Assembly (NCBI GenBank): GCA_964016885.1
Contig: OZ024751.1
Coordinates: forward strand, 7,440,001-7,504,000
Direction: 5' to 3'
Length of the DNA: 64,000 nt
DNA from: Eledone cirrhosa
Lineage: Eukaryota
Shown here: piece by piece, positions 1 through 17,232 of the stretch
Layout of the letters: each line of letters opens with the position of its first letter
Position numbering within the stretch: the first letter of the stretch is position 1
Notes under the pieces: generated by a model
What the model saw: only the letters and a program-made list of their open reading frames with translations
Told to the model about the DNA's origin: nothing
Databases searched by the model: none
Translations under genes and position numbers: made by a program

Positions 1-465
1 TATATATATATATGTGTGCATGTATGTATATGCATATATACATACTACTGTACGTCTGTACACATATATGTATGTACGTATACATACTTATATATATATA
101 TACATATATATTAAACCCCATCTGAAACAAATAGTGATATAGTGTATTTCACAAAGCGACGATGCAGACGATAGCTAATAAGCTTGAAACTAGTACATCG
201 TTCCTGTGTCAGTGTTGAACAAAAAGGTGACGTGGTTGCCTAAACACTGTACGGCGTAATGTTTACAAACAGACAAACCGAGCATTATAATAAATGTTCC
301 GTAAACCGATACGTGCATATATATGTGTGCATGTGTGTATATATATACATACTACTGTACGTATGTATACATATATGTATGTAAGTATACATACATACAT
401 ACTTACATCTAAGTAAGTGCCGTACTAAGAGTGAGAAATGAAATTTCGTTTCATTCTATTCCATT
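1..465 (+). mobile_element. Non-coding hammerhead-containing repeat (Penelope pLTR or retrozyme-like), cut by the window edge
   Basis: Homologous to 45526-46115 (shared gacgatag.taataagcttgaaactagtaca.cgttcct.tgtcagtgttgaacaaa, ccgagcattataataaatgttc, gccgtactaagagt, gaaatgaaatttcgtttcatt). Internal direct repeat ~12-90 vs ~322-395. Confidence 0.75.
159..201 (+). ncRNA. Minimal type I hammerhead ribozyme with a core mutation (CAGACGA)
   Basis: Stem I acgatg/catcgt, core cAgacga, stem II agct-aata-agct, GAAA, palindromic stem III CTAG, GUA cleavage triplet. Confidence 0.65.
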
Positions 466-466
466 C

Positions 467-500
<34 letters not shown>

Positions 501-679
501 TTATAAATATGTAATTATGTCTGTATCAGTTATACAGTTTTGCAATACACACACACTTATAGATACACGTAGATACATAGATAGATAGAGATCGATATAG
601 AGATAGATCGGTAAACGCGAAGATGTGTTCTCAATATATTTCTCTTTCTCTTAGTATTATAGACTTTCTTTATTTTCCA

Positions 680-710
680 CATATACACACACACACACAC
701 TCCCTCTCTC

Positions 711-762
<52 letters not shown>

Positions 763-1265
763 TCTATATCTCTCTCTTTCTCTCTCTGTCTCTCTCTCTC
801 TCTCTCTCTCCTCTGTCCTATATAATGTGTACATGTGTTTACGTAAATATGATTCTCTCACATTCTTCTTTCTGTCTTTACATTTCCTTTCCTGATTCAC
901 CCTCTGTCACACTCTCCCCTTAATAGCGATATCATTGCCTCTCTTTCTCACACTTCTCCTCTTCTCTTTCACACATCCCTCTCTCTCTTTCACTCTCACT
1001 CTCTCTCTTTCGCTTTTACTCTCTCTCTTTCACGCCTTTCTCTCTCTGTTTCGCTTTCACTCGCTCTCTCTCTTTTACGCCTTTCTCTGTCTCTTTCGCT
1101 TTCTCTCTCTCTCTCTCTGTCTCTCTCTCTTTCTCTCTTTCTCTTTGACTATTTCATTTTGTCTTTAACTATCTTTCGCTTTCGCCGTTTCACTCTCACT
1201 CACTCTCTTTCCCTCGTTCGCTTTCTCCCTCTCAATCTATTTCACTCCCCGTCCTCCCCTCTCTC

Positions 1266-1315
<50 letters not shown>

Positions 1316-1420
1316 ATTCTGTCTCTTACACTCTCTTTTATTTTCTTTCTCTCTCCCTCGTTCTCCGTTTCTCTCTCTCGTTCTTTGTTTCTCTCTCTCT
1401 CTCTCTCCCTCTCTCACTCT
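680..1420. repeat. (CA)n and degenerate (CT)n polypyrimidine microsatellite block
   Basis: Visible ctctct runs; source of the SLSL/ERER ORFs. Confidence 0.95.
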
Positions 1421-2868
1421 GATGTCTCTGTTCGAGAGCTTTACTCTCTTTTTACTTCAATCATTTGTACATATCTTCCTTCACACAAGATCACGACCGC
1501 TTCACAAGGCGGTAAAGGGAAAACGTTTGTGGTTTGAGGATTGCAGAGCGCGCAAACAGCACATGTTAGGTACACGCAGTTGTGAACAGTAACGAGAGTA
1601 AAAATTGAAATATGCTGTATATTAGCGAGCATGTTGCATGACATATGACATTGTACTAATATATCTGAGCGCGTAATTCTTGCTAAATAGTCAGAGAAAG
1701 AGATAGCTCCCTTTTGAACAGGTTTCCTCGGATATACTACTATAAATTCCTTTTATTATTATTATTAATCATATTTTGGTTACTTGTGTAATGTTTTGTA
1801 GTGAAATCACGCAAAGTAACGTTTCGCAAAAATGCATCACCACGCAACGCGTTCACCTCTATAGGAAAGAATTTACACAACGAATTTATTTAAATTTCAT
1901 CACATTACACATTTCCACTTCGGTCTTCTCTCTTCTTTCATTCCTTCTTTCATGTTTTCCTCCCTGCTTGCGTTTCTATCCACGACCTTTCATTCCTTAG
2001 CACTTTTATCAAAAGTTTTCCTCATATATTCTTTATGATCTGCGTTGTCGCCGTTTCAATTCTTGTGCACATCTAAATATTTTTCTCGTATATTTCACCA
2101 TATTGTCACACACACACACATGCACCCCCCCCTCCACATACACACACACACATATATATCTATGTGTGTGTGTGTACATACACACATATACATACATGTG
2201 TAGAGATACATAGATATACATTCAGAAATATATCAGGTGAACATTTAGAGAAAATATTTTCGCATGCATTCCTTTTTAACTACCGGAGATTAAATTATAT
2301 CTGCTATTTATCACACTTAAAATACAAGTGCACGCACCACAGATACATAGACAACCGAATATATAAATACACACATAACCACACACACACACATAACCAT
2401 ACAAACACACACACACACACACATATATATATAAGTTTATTAAATGTTGTCTATAGCACACACACTTCTAAAACACGTAATATTAGAGACGACTAATAAA
2501 CACAACATATTTTTTAATTATCATTCTTATGTATACACAAACTTACAGATAGATACATACAAACATACATACACATACATACACAGACAGACAGACAGAC
2601 ACATATATTTATATATATATATATATATATATATAAATTACCTATCCGCGTCGAATTTTTCAAATTGATATTTTAGACTGCGATGACAACTCCGTGCTAC
2701 CGCCGTTTGATGAGGGTTAATTAATTAAAAAATACCGCCCCCCCCCCCTAAAAAAAACGAAAACGCTTAGGAACATAAGCCTTAACACACACACATATAT
2801 ATATATATATATTATATATTATACATATATATATATATATTATATATATATATATTATATATATATGA

Positions 2869-2907
<39 letters not shown>

Positions 2908-3109
2908 GTAAGTAAGTGTGTAAATTGTGATTTTTAATTGACAAATAATGTTTACCGGCAAAAGGTGTACAGTGTTTTTTTTAACATAAAAGCTGTTGGG
3001 TTTTGATTGTGCTTTTAATTTACGCCTGCTCTGAGTCTTGTTTGAACGACATATATATTATATACATATATACATACATACACATAGATAGGCACAGTGT
3101 GTATATATT

Positions 3110-3219
<110 letters not shown>

Positions 3220-4856
3220 TACGTCTACCAAATTTCATCGTTTTTACTAATTTATATATATATATATATATAAGCTGGTTATAAAGTATTCAGTGTATTA
3301 GTATCCATATGTAGTTGTATATGAAGAGAGAATAAATTCTACAGCACGCTTTACTTCCGATGGCACAACGACAGTCTACAACAATAACAACTACACCATC
3401 AACCCCACCACTATTCAGAAATACACACGGCCGCCACCAATCCAACACCACCACCACCAATAACATTTACAACTACAATGCCGCCACTTTATAATGATAA
3501 TCACCAACAGCATTACCACTAAACACAACCACTTAACGTCACCGTTTACTACGGCTACATCTCCACCGATACCGCCCCCCCCCCCCCCACATACACACAC
3601 ACACACTACACCGACTCCACTAAAATACTATCAGCAGTATTACAACATTTGTAACACTAACAACATACACACATATATATACATATATTAATCATATATA
3701 TATATATATTTATATACTCACGCATTATATATATATATATATATATATAATTACACACACACACACACGCATTTATATCTATATATATATATATCGAGAC
3801 ACACACACATTTATATATATATATATATTGTTTTTTTTATGTATATCTACATTATGTTTCAATTATTTTGCCGCTTCATCGACCATCGCTCTTAGAGTTT
3901 GTACTTTGTGTAGTCTCGTTGATAAGTATTTCTACATAGAAAAGCAAAGAAAAACTAGAACTATGATAATAGCAGAAACCTTAACTAAACGCAATTATAT
4001 AATAAATCTCATATAGTTGCAGTCGTTGTTATTATTAATGTCGTTATTACTACTTTTAATATAATTAATATTAAAACAACTACAATAACAACATAAGCTT
4101 TAACCTCATATAATTATCCACTACACTTTGTATAGTAGTTTTGTAGTTGCTCTGTTTGTTGTTATTAGTATTGGTTTTAGTGTTGTTATTGTTACTTTTG
4201 ATATAATTATTATAATTATTTTAAAATATTATCAACAGTTTGTGAAATACAACGACGTTCCGTACTTAAAACAAAAATTAAAGTGCTTATTACGACTGTA
4301 TGTGGCGTGCCAGTTGCATAACAGTAATTTTGATTAAGAACACCAACTTTTCTATATCTTCTTTAAGTTGTTTTTATTATTTTTTTTTTCGTTTTGTTGT
4401 TATTTTCATCTTTAATTTGTTATATTATTTTGGGTTTAATTTTTACCTTCATATATTTTATTTTTCTTTGTTGTGTTCTTTCTTTGTGAATTGTTTGTTT
4501 GTGTGTTGGGTATTCATTCTGCTACTTTCTGTCTATCTCCAGTCATACTCACCCCTCTCCCCTCCTTATTTCTTCATTCACTCTTCACTGCAACTCGTTT
4601 ATGTGTAGCCTGCTGAATCTAACAATCACGGACAGAGTCACTGCACAATTCACTTCCTCTTTTTTCCTTCCTCCTCTCGGATTTTCCCATTTTTTTTTAT
4701 TTTCTTTTTGTACATTTAAGTTTCATTGTCATTTTTGTAATTTCGTTTTCTTTGACTTTTTTGTCTATCTTTGGTATCTGTTATTAATAGTCGAACACTA
4801 CGTTTGTTTCGTTTTTTTTCCCTTTGTGTATTTCTCCTATTTACCAAACTTTCGTG

Positions 4857-4919
<63 letters not shown>

Positions 4920-5668
4920 TGCATACACACACAAGCACACATACACACAGGCACATACATATATATAATGTATATATATATGTATCTATGTATATCGACG
5001 GCTAGAGAGTGAGATTGAAAGGAGATTGGTAATTAGAACAGTGATATAGTGATAAAAAGTTAGATGAATACATAAATAGATAGATACATAGACTATACAT
5101 GCCTCTGTATGGTGTAAAATATTCCATTCATAGTTATAACTTGTCACACACCTACATAACTTCCTGCCTTTCTTCCTCCTTCGCTCAACTCATTTCTTCC
5201 TTTCTTCCTTCTTTCATTTGCTTCCATTTAATTTCCTACTTTCGTTCCATCCATCTCTCACTCATTCCTTCTTCAATTCTCACTTAGATTTAGCTTATTT
5301 TAGTTGTTCTGCTCTCGTTCCTGCATTTATTTAATTGTTTTGTTTATCATTGTTTATTTATTTTTTTTATTTTTAATATGTTGTTTTCGTTTTATCTTTG
5401 ACTTCTTACTACCTCCTCCCGCCCCGCCCCTCTTGGTTACCTCCAAAACATCTTTTCCACCAAAACTACCACCACCACCACCACCACCACCACCACCGCC
5501 GCCGCCCTTCCGGTTTCAGAACATCACATCACATCACATCACAACACAACCCATCACATCACAACATAATCACATCACATCACACAATATTAAGTCTTCT
5601 TTTACTCGACTGACATCGGCACACCTACTCCAGTCGTGTGGCTTGCAGTGGCCAACACCTGTTAGACC

Positions 5669-5782
5669 ATGCCATCACTACAATGGTTCGCTGTACATCT
5701 ACTGTTTTTACTATTGGCTATTACTGGTTCCTTAAGTTTACTGATGGGGGATCGTCAAAACAGGTTTACACGACATCTACAG
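5669..5782 (+). CDS. Probable first coding exon of a secreted or membrane protein (signal peptide): MPSLQWFAVHLLFLLLAITGSLSLLMGDRQNRFTRHLQ
   Basis: ACCATG start, 38 open codons with hydrophobic core WFAVHLLFLLLAI and small residues after it, phase-0 donor CAG|GTAAGG. Candidate upstream acceptor cccttccggtttcag at 5519. Confidence 0.65.
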
Positions 5783-6179
5783 GTAAGGGCATTATGTTCT
5801 TTAACAAAAAAAAAACTCTAGAGAAAAACAATAAAATAAATAATAAAAAAAATATTCAAAAATCTATAATTGCAAATACAGATAACATTTTAAAATTAAA
5901 TTTCCATTCTTATTCATTCCAACTTTTTATCACTTCTATTTATATTCAATATATATCTTATATATCTCTCTCTTCCTTTCACATTCTATCTACAAACTCT
6001 TCTCTCTCTTACACGTTCATTCATATTCCATCATTCTATCGTTCTATATATTTTTCTCTGACTTTTTTCCTAAAACACTGGAACTCAATATCGGTTATAT
6101 TCAAACTACTTTTCTTTCTATTCATGTTCGCCTCTACTTCATCTTCATGTTCACCCTCTCTCTTCTCTCGCATTCCTCT

Positions 6180-8464
<2,285 letters not shown>

Positions 8465-9095
8465 GATCTATTTAGCATGACACCAATCCTTTATGTGAGA
8501 ACGTCCACATGCACGTATGCACACAGAAGCGATAACCAGACCCTAATATCCAAGGTTCTCTAATCTTGTGCACTTTTATTGTTTTAAGTAAACATTTTCA
8601 ACTCATGTTTACACACTCCTATATGTCTACACATGAGTAAACGGGGAAGCTGGAATGAGATTGATGAGGCTGCAAGAAATAGTATATAAACGAAATAATA
8701 ACTTGTATTATCTAGGAACTCTTTTTTCCCTTAAAATAATTTCTTTGGTGCAGTGAATGAAACCGTTTATTTTATTTTTGATTTTTGTTTTTATTTTACG
8801 TATGAGTGGTCATCATAGTCATTTGCCTAAATAACAGCTAACACAGATAAATACAAGCTTACATACACATACACACACATAAGCCTTGACACATACAGAC
8901 AAGCGCCTGCACACGCTCATACACAAACACACATATATATGCATTTATATGTATGAAATATTTATATATATATATATATATATTGAGTGTCTACCCTGCC
9001 TTTCATAGGTTATAGATTCCAAACAGTGGTGGTTTTTCTCTGTTTTATTGATGGCGCACTATCTCCCTCTAGTGTGTTACCTTTTCAACATATTG

Positions 9096-9142
<47 letters not shown>

Positions 9143-9146
<4 letters not shown>

Positions 9147-9203
9147 GCGGTGCCCCAGCGTGGCCCCAGCCGGATGGCTGGAACAGGGAAAAGAGTGAAA
9201 GAG
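9143..9203 (+). mobile_element. Isolated SINE/LINE 3'-tail fragment in (TA)n
   Basis: gggcggtgccccagcgtggcc...gaacagggaaaagagtgaaagag resembles an abundant octopus retroposon 3' end (from recollection, not searched). Confidence 0.5.
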
Positions 9204-9306
9204 TATATATATATATATATATATATATAAATATATCTATAAGTATATTTATTATTTATGTATGTTTACACATAGATGCAAACTCACACACACACACCGA
9301 CTCACG

Positions 9307-9394
<88 letters not shown>

Positions 9395-9580
9395 TATACA
9401 CGTATATATTAAAGTGGTTATAATTACTTTTCTTCTATACATGTATATATGAAGAAAGTTAGTCAAATCGCTCTATCTTTTACTATCTAAATATTTCACA
9501 CATTCATTAATACATATATCATACTGTCATCACTAGTACCGTATATAAAAGTAGTAGGTGTATTGAAGATGTCATTGTAT

Positions 9581-9770
9581 TAATAATTGTTTCTACTTGT
9601 TGGCACTAGGCCAGCAATTATCCCAGTGCATTAGTCGTACTTTATTTCATCGACCCCGTAAGGATGAAAGGCAAAGATAACCTCGGAGGGATTTGAACTC
9701 AGTCCGTAAAGGGACGTAACTGTGCTACAAAGCATGGCGTCCGACCCTCCACCGAAACTGCCAAGCCACC
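9581..9770 (-). mobile_element. tRNA-derived SINE family A, full length
   Basis: Reverse complement gives an A-box-like TGGCAG..TCGGT, B-box GAGTTCAAATCC, core GCCTTTCATCCTTACGGGGTCGAT and tail AGTAGAAACAATTATT. Confidence 0.9.
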
Positions 9771-9806
9771 ATGAAAGTAGTAGGTGTATTGAAGATGTCA
9801 TATTAT

Positions 9807-9944
9807 TAATAATTGTTTCTACTTGTTGGCACAAGGCCAGCAATTATCTCAGTGCATTACTGGTACTTTATTTTATCGACCCCGTAAGGATGAAAGGCAA
9901 AGTTAACCTCGGCGGGATTTGAACTCAGAATGGCAAGGGCCGTA
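9807..9944 (-). mobile_element. SINE family A, 5'-truncated, tandem with the previous copy
   Basis: Same core and tail. Confidence 0.9.
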
Positions 9945-10362
9945 GTATTAATAATGAAAGTAGTAGGTGTATTGAAGATGTCATAATAATCGTGGAGTTT
10001 GTGTCAAAATCCGTAGTTTAGTAAAGATACCAAATTTATTTACGACTACTGTTTCCTCCTCGCTTCCTCTACCGAGTCTATTTCGTGTCAACGTGTAGAA
10101 TATGGTAGATTAGTATATACATAAATACGTATACACATACTCACATAATTTTACATACACATACTAGAACACACACACACGCATATATATATATACATAT
10201 CTCTCTCTCTATATATATATATATAATAATAAAATGCACGTTACTACCCTAGATATATATAAAGGGAAATATATACATACACACTGACAATTATATATGT
10301 GTATATGAGTGTGGGAATATATATATAATATATATAAGTATATATATATATATATAAGTGTA

Positions 10363-11018
<656 letters not shown>

Positions 11019-11037
11019 ATATTATATATATATATAA

Positions 11038-11096
<59 letters not shown>

Positions 11097-11103
11097 TATA
11101 AAA

Positions 11104-11154
<51 letters not shown>

Positions 11155-11931
11155 TATAAGGTGTTTTGTACAAAATGAAAAATAACTGAGGTGTCCTACA
11201 CGAGTGAAAGTATGAAGAAAAAAAGATGAAAGCGAAAATGCAACTGGAGTCTTATTTAAAAAAATATATATATATTTATTTGGTCCCTTTACCGGCTTCG
11301 CAGTTCTTCTGCTTTTCAAAAGTAGAGATGAGATGGAGGGGCTGTGGTTTTTCTCACATTTGTATATATATATATATATATAAATATATATATAAGTATA
11401 TAAGCATTATTGCGTGTATATATGTACACACACACATACGTACTGTTACATACTATTTTTTCTTTTACATAATCACAACCCCAATAAGATTAGTAATGCA
11501 GTGTTGTTTATCCATTTCCTCAGCTGTATTACAACTCTTCATGTTAACATATAGCTGAGGGGGAAAATAGGAATATTCACATCAAAAGCATATGGAAATA
11601 GTCTCAACAATGTCGAGCGTTCTCTTAGCATTCCCTGACAAATTATATCTGAAATGACACACTACGTCAAACGAAATTCTATGTAGCATACACACATGCC
11701 GGTCTAATAATTTTAATCATTGTGTGACACATCGTGTGATACAGATAAGAAAGCATGAACACGTGTACTGGTATGGTTGTAGGTATAAATTATTTATGAT
11801 ATGTCTAATCTTTCAGTGCTGACCTGGGTGTAAACAATACCTCACCTTATCATTGTTACAAATAATATGTACCTTTCTTCACCATCTTTTTTCACATAAT
11901 TTCACAGCCATACCTTCTTGAACTCTTCTAT

Positions 11932-11979
<48 letters not shown>

Positions 11980-12005
11980 TGTGTGTGTGTGTGAGAGAGA
12001 GTGTG

Positions 12006-12131
12006 TATAAACCTGTAAATATTGACTCCTGTGTTTTGTTTGTTTCATTTATTAACTATATATGTATATATATATATATAGTTTACAAATGAAACATACC
12101 AAACACAGAGGTCAATTTTTACAATTTTATA
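12006..12131. repeat. Small fold-back, ~53-bp arms with a TA spacer
   Basis: tataaacctgtaaatattgac...tgtttcattt pairs with aaatgaaaca...gtcaatttttacaattttata. Confidence 0.8.
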
Positions 12132-12185
12132 AATATATATATATAGGAGGAAGTTATAGTTCACTTGAAGCATTGTGTAATGAGG

Positions 12186-12478
12186 TATAAACGTTTGAAT
12201 TTGTAACGCCAAACAATGCAGGTATGGACATAGAATAAAAATGCAATTGAAAAAGATATTGTTGACAATTAGTCTTTTACCTTAGATTTATTTAAATGTC
12301 CTTAATTTTCGAGATAATATCTCTTCTTCGGAGGGAAGTAAAGCGTTAAACCATTAGAACACTGGTTTAACCGCTTATCTAAGGTAAAAGTCTAATTGTC
12401 AACAATATCTTTTGCATTTGCATTTTTATTCTATATCCATACCTCCATTGCTTGGCTTTACAAATTCAATTGTTTATA
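12186..12478. repeat. Fold-back with 102-bp arms; loop holds a degenerate hammerhead core on the minus strand
   Basis: Arms 12186-12287 and 12377-12478 with 9 mismatches. Loop reverse complement reads cCGAAGA-a-gaga-tatta-tctc-GAAA. Confidence 0.85.
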
Positions 12479-13370
12479 TCTATATATATATATCGACAGA
12501 GAGAGAGAGACAGAGTGAAAGAGATATATATGAAGAGAAACAGAGAGGGTAAGAGAGAAAGAACGTGGAGGTCGAGAGTGAGAGAGTTTCAATCAATACA
12601 TGTATAAAGCACGCATATGTGGCCTGTTGTCTCATTTTATAATAGACCCACCCACATACACATGCTTGTAATAAAACCTCTCACACTCTCTACCACACAC
12701 CTACTTCCATACACACCTGCACATACTCTCTTATTCAGAATAACACACTGCTATAACAGCATACACATACCTTCCCACAAATTATGCCACACACAATATC
12801 GCAGGATCCTTTTACACTCATACTTACCTGAGTCAGCAATCCAAACTCTGGGGCCGCGATGCTGCTCATCCGGAGATATAGATCTACACATACACTAGGA
12901 CCTGTGAATGATACACACACCCAGCAATCAATACTGCGCAGACCTCTTGCGCAAGCATATAATTACATTGGCGATGCCTGGAGACCACATCGTAAAGACA
13001 CCTAGGCGGACAATAATTTACTAAGCCTTACACATATCTTCCTTTCAGCTTTCTAAGTAATATTCACAATTCTTTTGCTGCTCTTTTCCTTTGTTTCTGC
13101 CATCAAACACATTGCATATTTAAGTATTTTATATATGACGAAGGATTAACAACCGAAACGTAATATTTATTCATTGAATTCATGCAAATCATATACAACG
13201 TACTGTATCACGGTTTCTGTGTATAACATTGTGCAATCTATAAGTGTGTGCGTCTACGCATGCGTGTTTGTGAATGCATGTATGTGTGTGGGGTTTTGTG
13301 AATTTGCATATGTGTGCCTGTTTGAGTGTTGTATGTCTTATCGAAAGATATTTGTATAAATATATATAAT

Positions 13371-13565
13371 CAGTGACGCATTCACCATTGTCCTTAGGTG
13401 TGTTTCAGCAAAGGGCCCCGTCGGACAGGCGGGGGGCCCATCTCTCTGTCAAAACATTATTTACGGTGAATTTGTCAAATGTTTTACCGGGCTTACCTCC
13501 TTCAGGGCCGAAGTAAGTGGCCTAATAACATAGCCAGCACAGGGCCACATTTGTCCTAAATCCTG
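13371..13565. mobile_element. MITE-like remnant
   Basis: GC-rich island starting cagtgacgcatt, with gggccc motifs, ending taaatcc; termini degenerate. Confidence 0.4.
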
Positions 13566-13913
13566 TGTATAATACACAAAGTCATAGTTACGTATACAGA
13601 TACTTATACTGAGCTGTTCTTTATGTTTCACATCCTAAAGAATTAATTTCTGGAACTCAATGTTTATTGTATACTCAGATATATGAACACAATGCAATGA
13701 TTTATTTCTATAACTCATCTCGTAATGCAACGTCTGTTTACTGATTTCGATCAATTGCTTCATTTTACATCTGGGCTTTCTAGTTTACTGTGTCATATTT
13801 CAAGTAAGTTATGCCATTATACATACATATATGCATATGCATACATACATACATGCATGTATATAGATAGTTTCAAACACACATACACCCCGGCACATAT
13901 ATATATATATATT

Positions 13914-13994
<81 letters not shown>

Positions 13995-14591
13995 ATGTAT
14001 TCCTTGATCTTTCATCTACGAGTTTCTACACACTCTTATTCATGTTTAGAGGTTAACTACTGGGTAGTGCTGGTTATTCCGTATAGTTAACCGGGACGTA
14101 ATAGTGTGTGTGTGTGTCTGTGTCTGTGTCTCTGTGTGTATAAATATATGTTTGTGTATGTACAATAGTCAGATAATATATATCACCGGATATCTGATGA
14201 GTTGTATATAGTTCTGTCCGATTACATACGCTTATACACTTGTCCACGTGGCATGCATCCATGTCTAAGCAAGAAAAATGTTTACTTATGGATTGCAGAT
14301 ATTGTATTTTCATATAATTCAGAACAGGATCAATTTAACTGTAGCTTACGTTCGATATAGTTTAGAAATGTGTCTGTTACGAAAGGCCAGCACGCAAAAT
14401 AAAGAAGGATCCACGGAATACCTGGCCGGAATATGTTTCTCTTAAATTGGTTACATACGTAAATTGTAAGCGCATGTGTAAATTGTAAGCACTTAGCACA
14501 TACTCTCTCTTGATCACTTTCTCTCTTGCTCACTTCTTCGCCTCCCCCTCTCTCTCTGTATCTCTCTGTCTCTCTCTTTCTCTCTGTCTCT

Positions 14592-14670
<79 letters not shown>

Positions 14671-15227
14671 TTCAACTCCAAATATGTCTTGTTTAAACAT
14701 GCCGAATAATATAATGGGTTATTTACTGTGTAAAATAAACACACTGCTCTCTCTATAATATCGATTTGTCTTATATTTGCTTTTTCCGAGCTAGATTATG
14801 TTTCGAGGCTAGATACGCTACACGTATAATTATAAAGTTGGACAATTATATACATGAGGCTTCCCTTGTATTAAATTTTTGTAATTTTCTCTCACTCCTC
14901 TGTATATTTCATCGATGTTTATCAATTTCAAATTCTTCTATTATGCTTTTCCATATTGTACACAGTAAAAAAGTAGTTTTTCCGATTGAACATGTATATA
15001 ACACAGCAAGCTGTCATATTTTTGTCGGTTGCTCTTTTAGAGATAAATTGAAAATCTTTAAATTAATCTTAGCCTTTTCAAAATACAGGCTCGTGTGTGA
15101 CAATAGTTTCTATTCTATGCAAATAGATGCGATTTTTAGAATTGATCCATGCTATGCTTCTTGATGGTTACACACACACACACACGCGCGCGCGCGCGAA
15201 CACACACACTCACACACACACTCAACC

Positions 15228-15261
<34 letters not shown>

Positions 15262-15409
15262 TCACACACACACTCAAACATATATATATATATATATATG
15301 TTTAAGTCGCGTACGAAGGCGTTTATTGTACATTGAGCAGTTTCTTCCACGAATAATTTTGGACAATATCTACACTTGGAATTGTTAAATTCTTGGCTAT
15401 TTACTCCAG

Positions 15410-16060
15410 AATCATTATTATTATCATTATCACCTTGTCGCAGATAATTTGTTGTTGGTGATGTGATATTGGTGCCAGCTGAATTCAGTCAGTCAGTCGA
15501 CTGTGGTGGAAACCTCAATTGTCAAACATTCTCAGTATTCTAGCAATTCCAAGATGTGTTGTTTTCTGTAAAGTCACCAGCTTAATGTTGGTCCAATTTA
15601 TTTTTAAAAATAGCTTTCAATTCTGTGATCACCTTAATCATTATTATGATTGGGGTCTCAGTCATTGATGTTAATTAATAGGAAAGTTTGTTGAAATGAT
15701 CATCAAACCGCTACCTGCTGCCTCAGATATTCAGGACGTATAAGTGTGTTCTTGCTGGTCCCAGCAACCATGCCTTTTAAAGTGTTCCAAAAAAGGGGCC
15801 TGGACTATTGTTCTTTAACCACCCTTGAAAACTCTTTGAGATAGTACCTAGTGCTCCCATGACAAATCCTTTATAACACCCACTTGAAATCCTGGTATCA
15901 GTTAATTTTCTTCTTCACCTTTTCTTGAACTCTTGTGTCAAAGGGGCAAACTACATCTACAGTCAGGCACGATCATTTTTCCTTGTTAAAACAACCAGGT
16001 GAGGCCGGTTGTGTTCTAATTTCTTGTCTGTCTGTGTCCTGAAATCCCATGCACCTTATT
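15410..16060 (-). mobile_element. Two decayed 3' ends of R4/Dong-like (RLE) non-LTR retrotransposons
   Basis: Minus-strand translations LQKTTHLGIARILRM, L*KAWLLGPART and WDFRTQTDKKLEHNRPHLV match the RLE C-terminus. Confidence 0.75.
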
Positions 16061-16070
16061 ATTGTGCATT

Positions 16071-16245
16071 GGATTGGCAGTATCGGTAGAGGGTCGGACG
16101 CCATGCTTTGAAGCATTGAGTTACCTCCCTTTATGATCCGAGTTCAAATCCCGCCGAGATTAACTTTGCCTTTCATCCTTACGGAATAAAGTACCAGTAA
16201 TACACTGGGGTAATTGCTGGCCTTGTGCCAAAACTAGAAACAATT
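16071..16245 (+). mobile_element. SINE family A
   Basis: ggattggcagtatcggtagagggtcggacgcc...gagttcaaatccc...tagaaacaatt. Confidence 0.9.
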
Positions 16246-16249
16246 GGAA

Positions 16250-17210
16250 CTGTGTGAGTTGGGTATGTACAATGCTGTTCTTGGTGGTGTTTCTGTTGTA
16301 TTCAGAGTAATCTTCCTAATATGTATGCGATGTCTAATAGTGATTTGTTTTTGTGTATGTTGTATATATATGTTGTATATATTTGTAAGTGTATCGGTTT
16401 TGGTTATACATCTTTCTGTCTGATTTTATCAATCTCTGAGCACCTATTATTATAGGCATTGTTTCTGTATTGGATCATCCAAATCCGGGTTCTTTCTATC
16501 TCTAGATCTAAATATTTTTATAGTTTTTCCATTTCCTTGATAGATATATTTTCATCTGTGGGCATTGATACATTATTGTTTATTTGCAATCTTTGGTTAT
16601 AATATGTGATCGGTTGGATTTTATCTGCTTGTCTTTATGTATTGCTATATCCAGGAAAATGATTGCTTTCTCATTCCCTGATATTTTGTTCTGGTGTGTG
16701 AGGGTACCATCGTTTGTTTGTTGATATGTCATAATGTTGGTATAATTTTCATTGTAGGTAAGACCTACTCTATCATACATGAATGTATTCCTTTTTGTCA
16801 AAGAATGTGCAGCCAGAGATAATGTGGTTAATTGTTTCTTCCGCACCTCCATATATTCTGCAGTTACTTTTAATGCTCGGCTTCATTATGTACTTCTGGT
16901 GTGGAGACGTTTATCTAGTACTGCAATTACAAATCCTCCTATCTCGTCTTTTAATCCAGTGTTTCGTAACCAGTTTTGTGTGTGTTGCTTGTCTATATCT
17001 TATGTAATCAGCTTTTTCCTGTATTGGCGATGTAATCGAATTTCTTCCCATCGTATCAACATGGCATTTTGGAGGTTTCTTTTCAGTTTGGATTTTAAGT
17101 TTTTCACAATGTCTGTTGTTGTTGTTTCTTGTTTGTTGCTTTTTCTTCACAGCTATCTCTTAATCTGGTTTCTGTTTTGAATTTACTGGTCTCCTTGAAG
17201 ACTGAGAACA
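16250..17210 (-). mobile_element. Decayed R4/Dong-like retrotransposon 3' portion
   Basis: ORF 16580-16852 (MYDRVG...IFLDIAIHKDKQIKSNRSHII) is a degenerate RHD...WD..I.TD..I..NRPDI motif. Confidence 0.7.
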
Positions 17211-17232
17211 ATTCTTCTTTCTTTTGTTCATT

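Noticed and set aside
1480-1740. CpG-richer unique segment, possible promoter or non-coding first exon
   Set aside because: No diagnostic motif; needs CAGE or RNA-seq.
5304-5735. Poly-Pro/poly-His ORFs
   Set aside because: Derived from (CCA)n and (CATCA)n simple repeats.
9548-9990. Thrice-repeated 28-bp sequence resembling a CRISPR repeat
   Set aside because: The intervening sequences are ~150-200-bp SINEs; eukaryotic context, no cas genes.
14193-14230. CTGATGAG motif
   Set aside because: No stem II or GAAA follows; likewise for the motif at ~62505.
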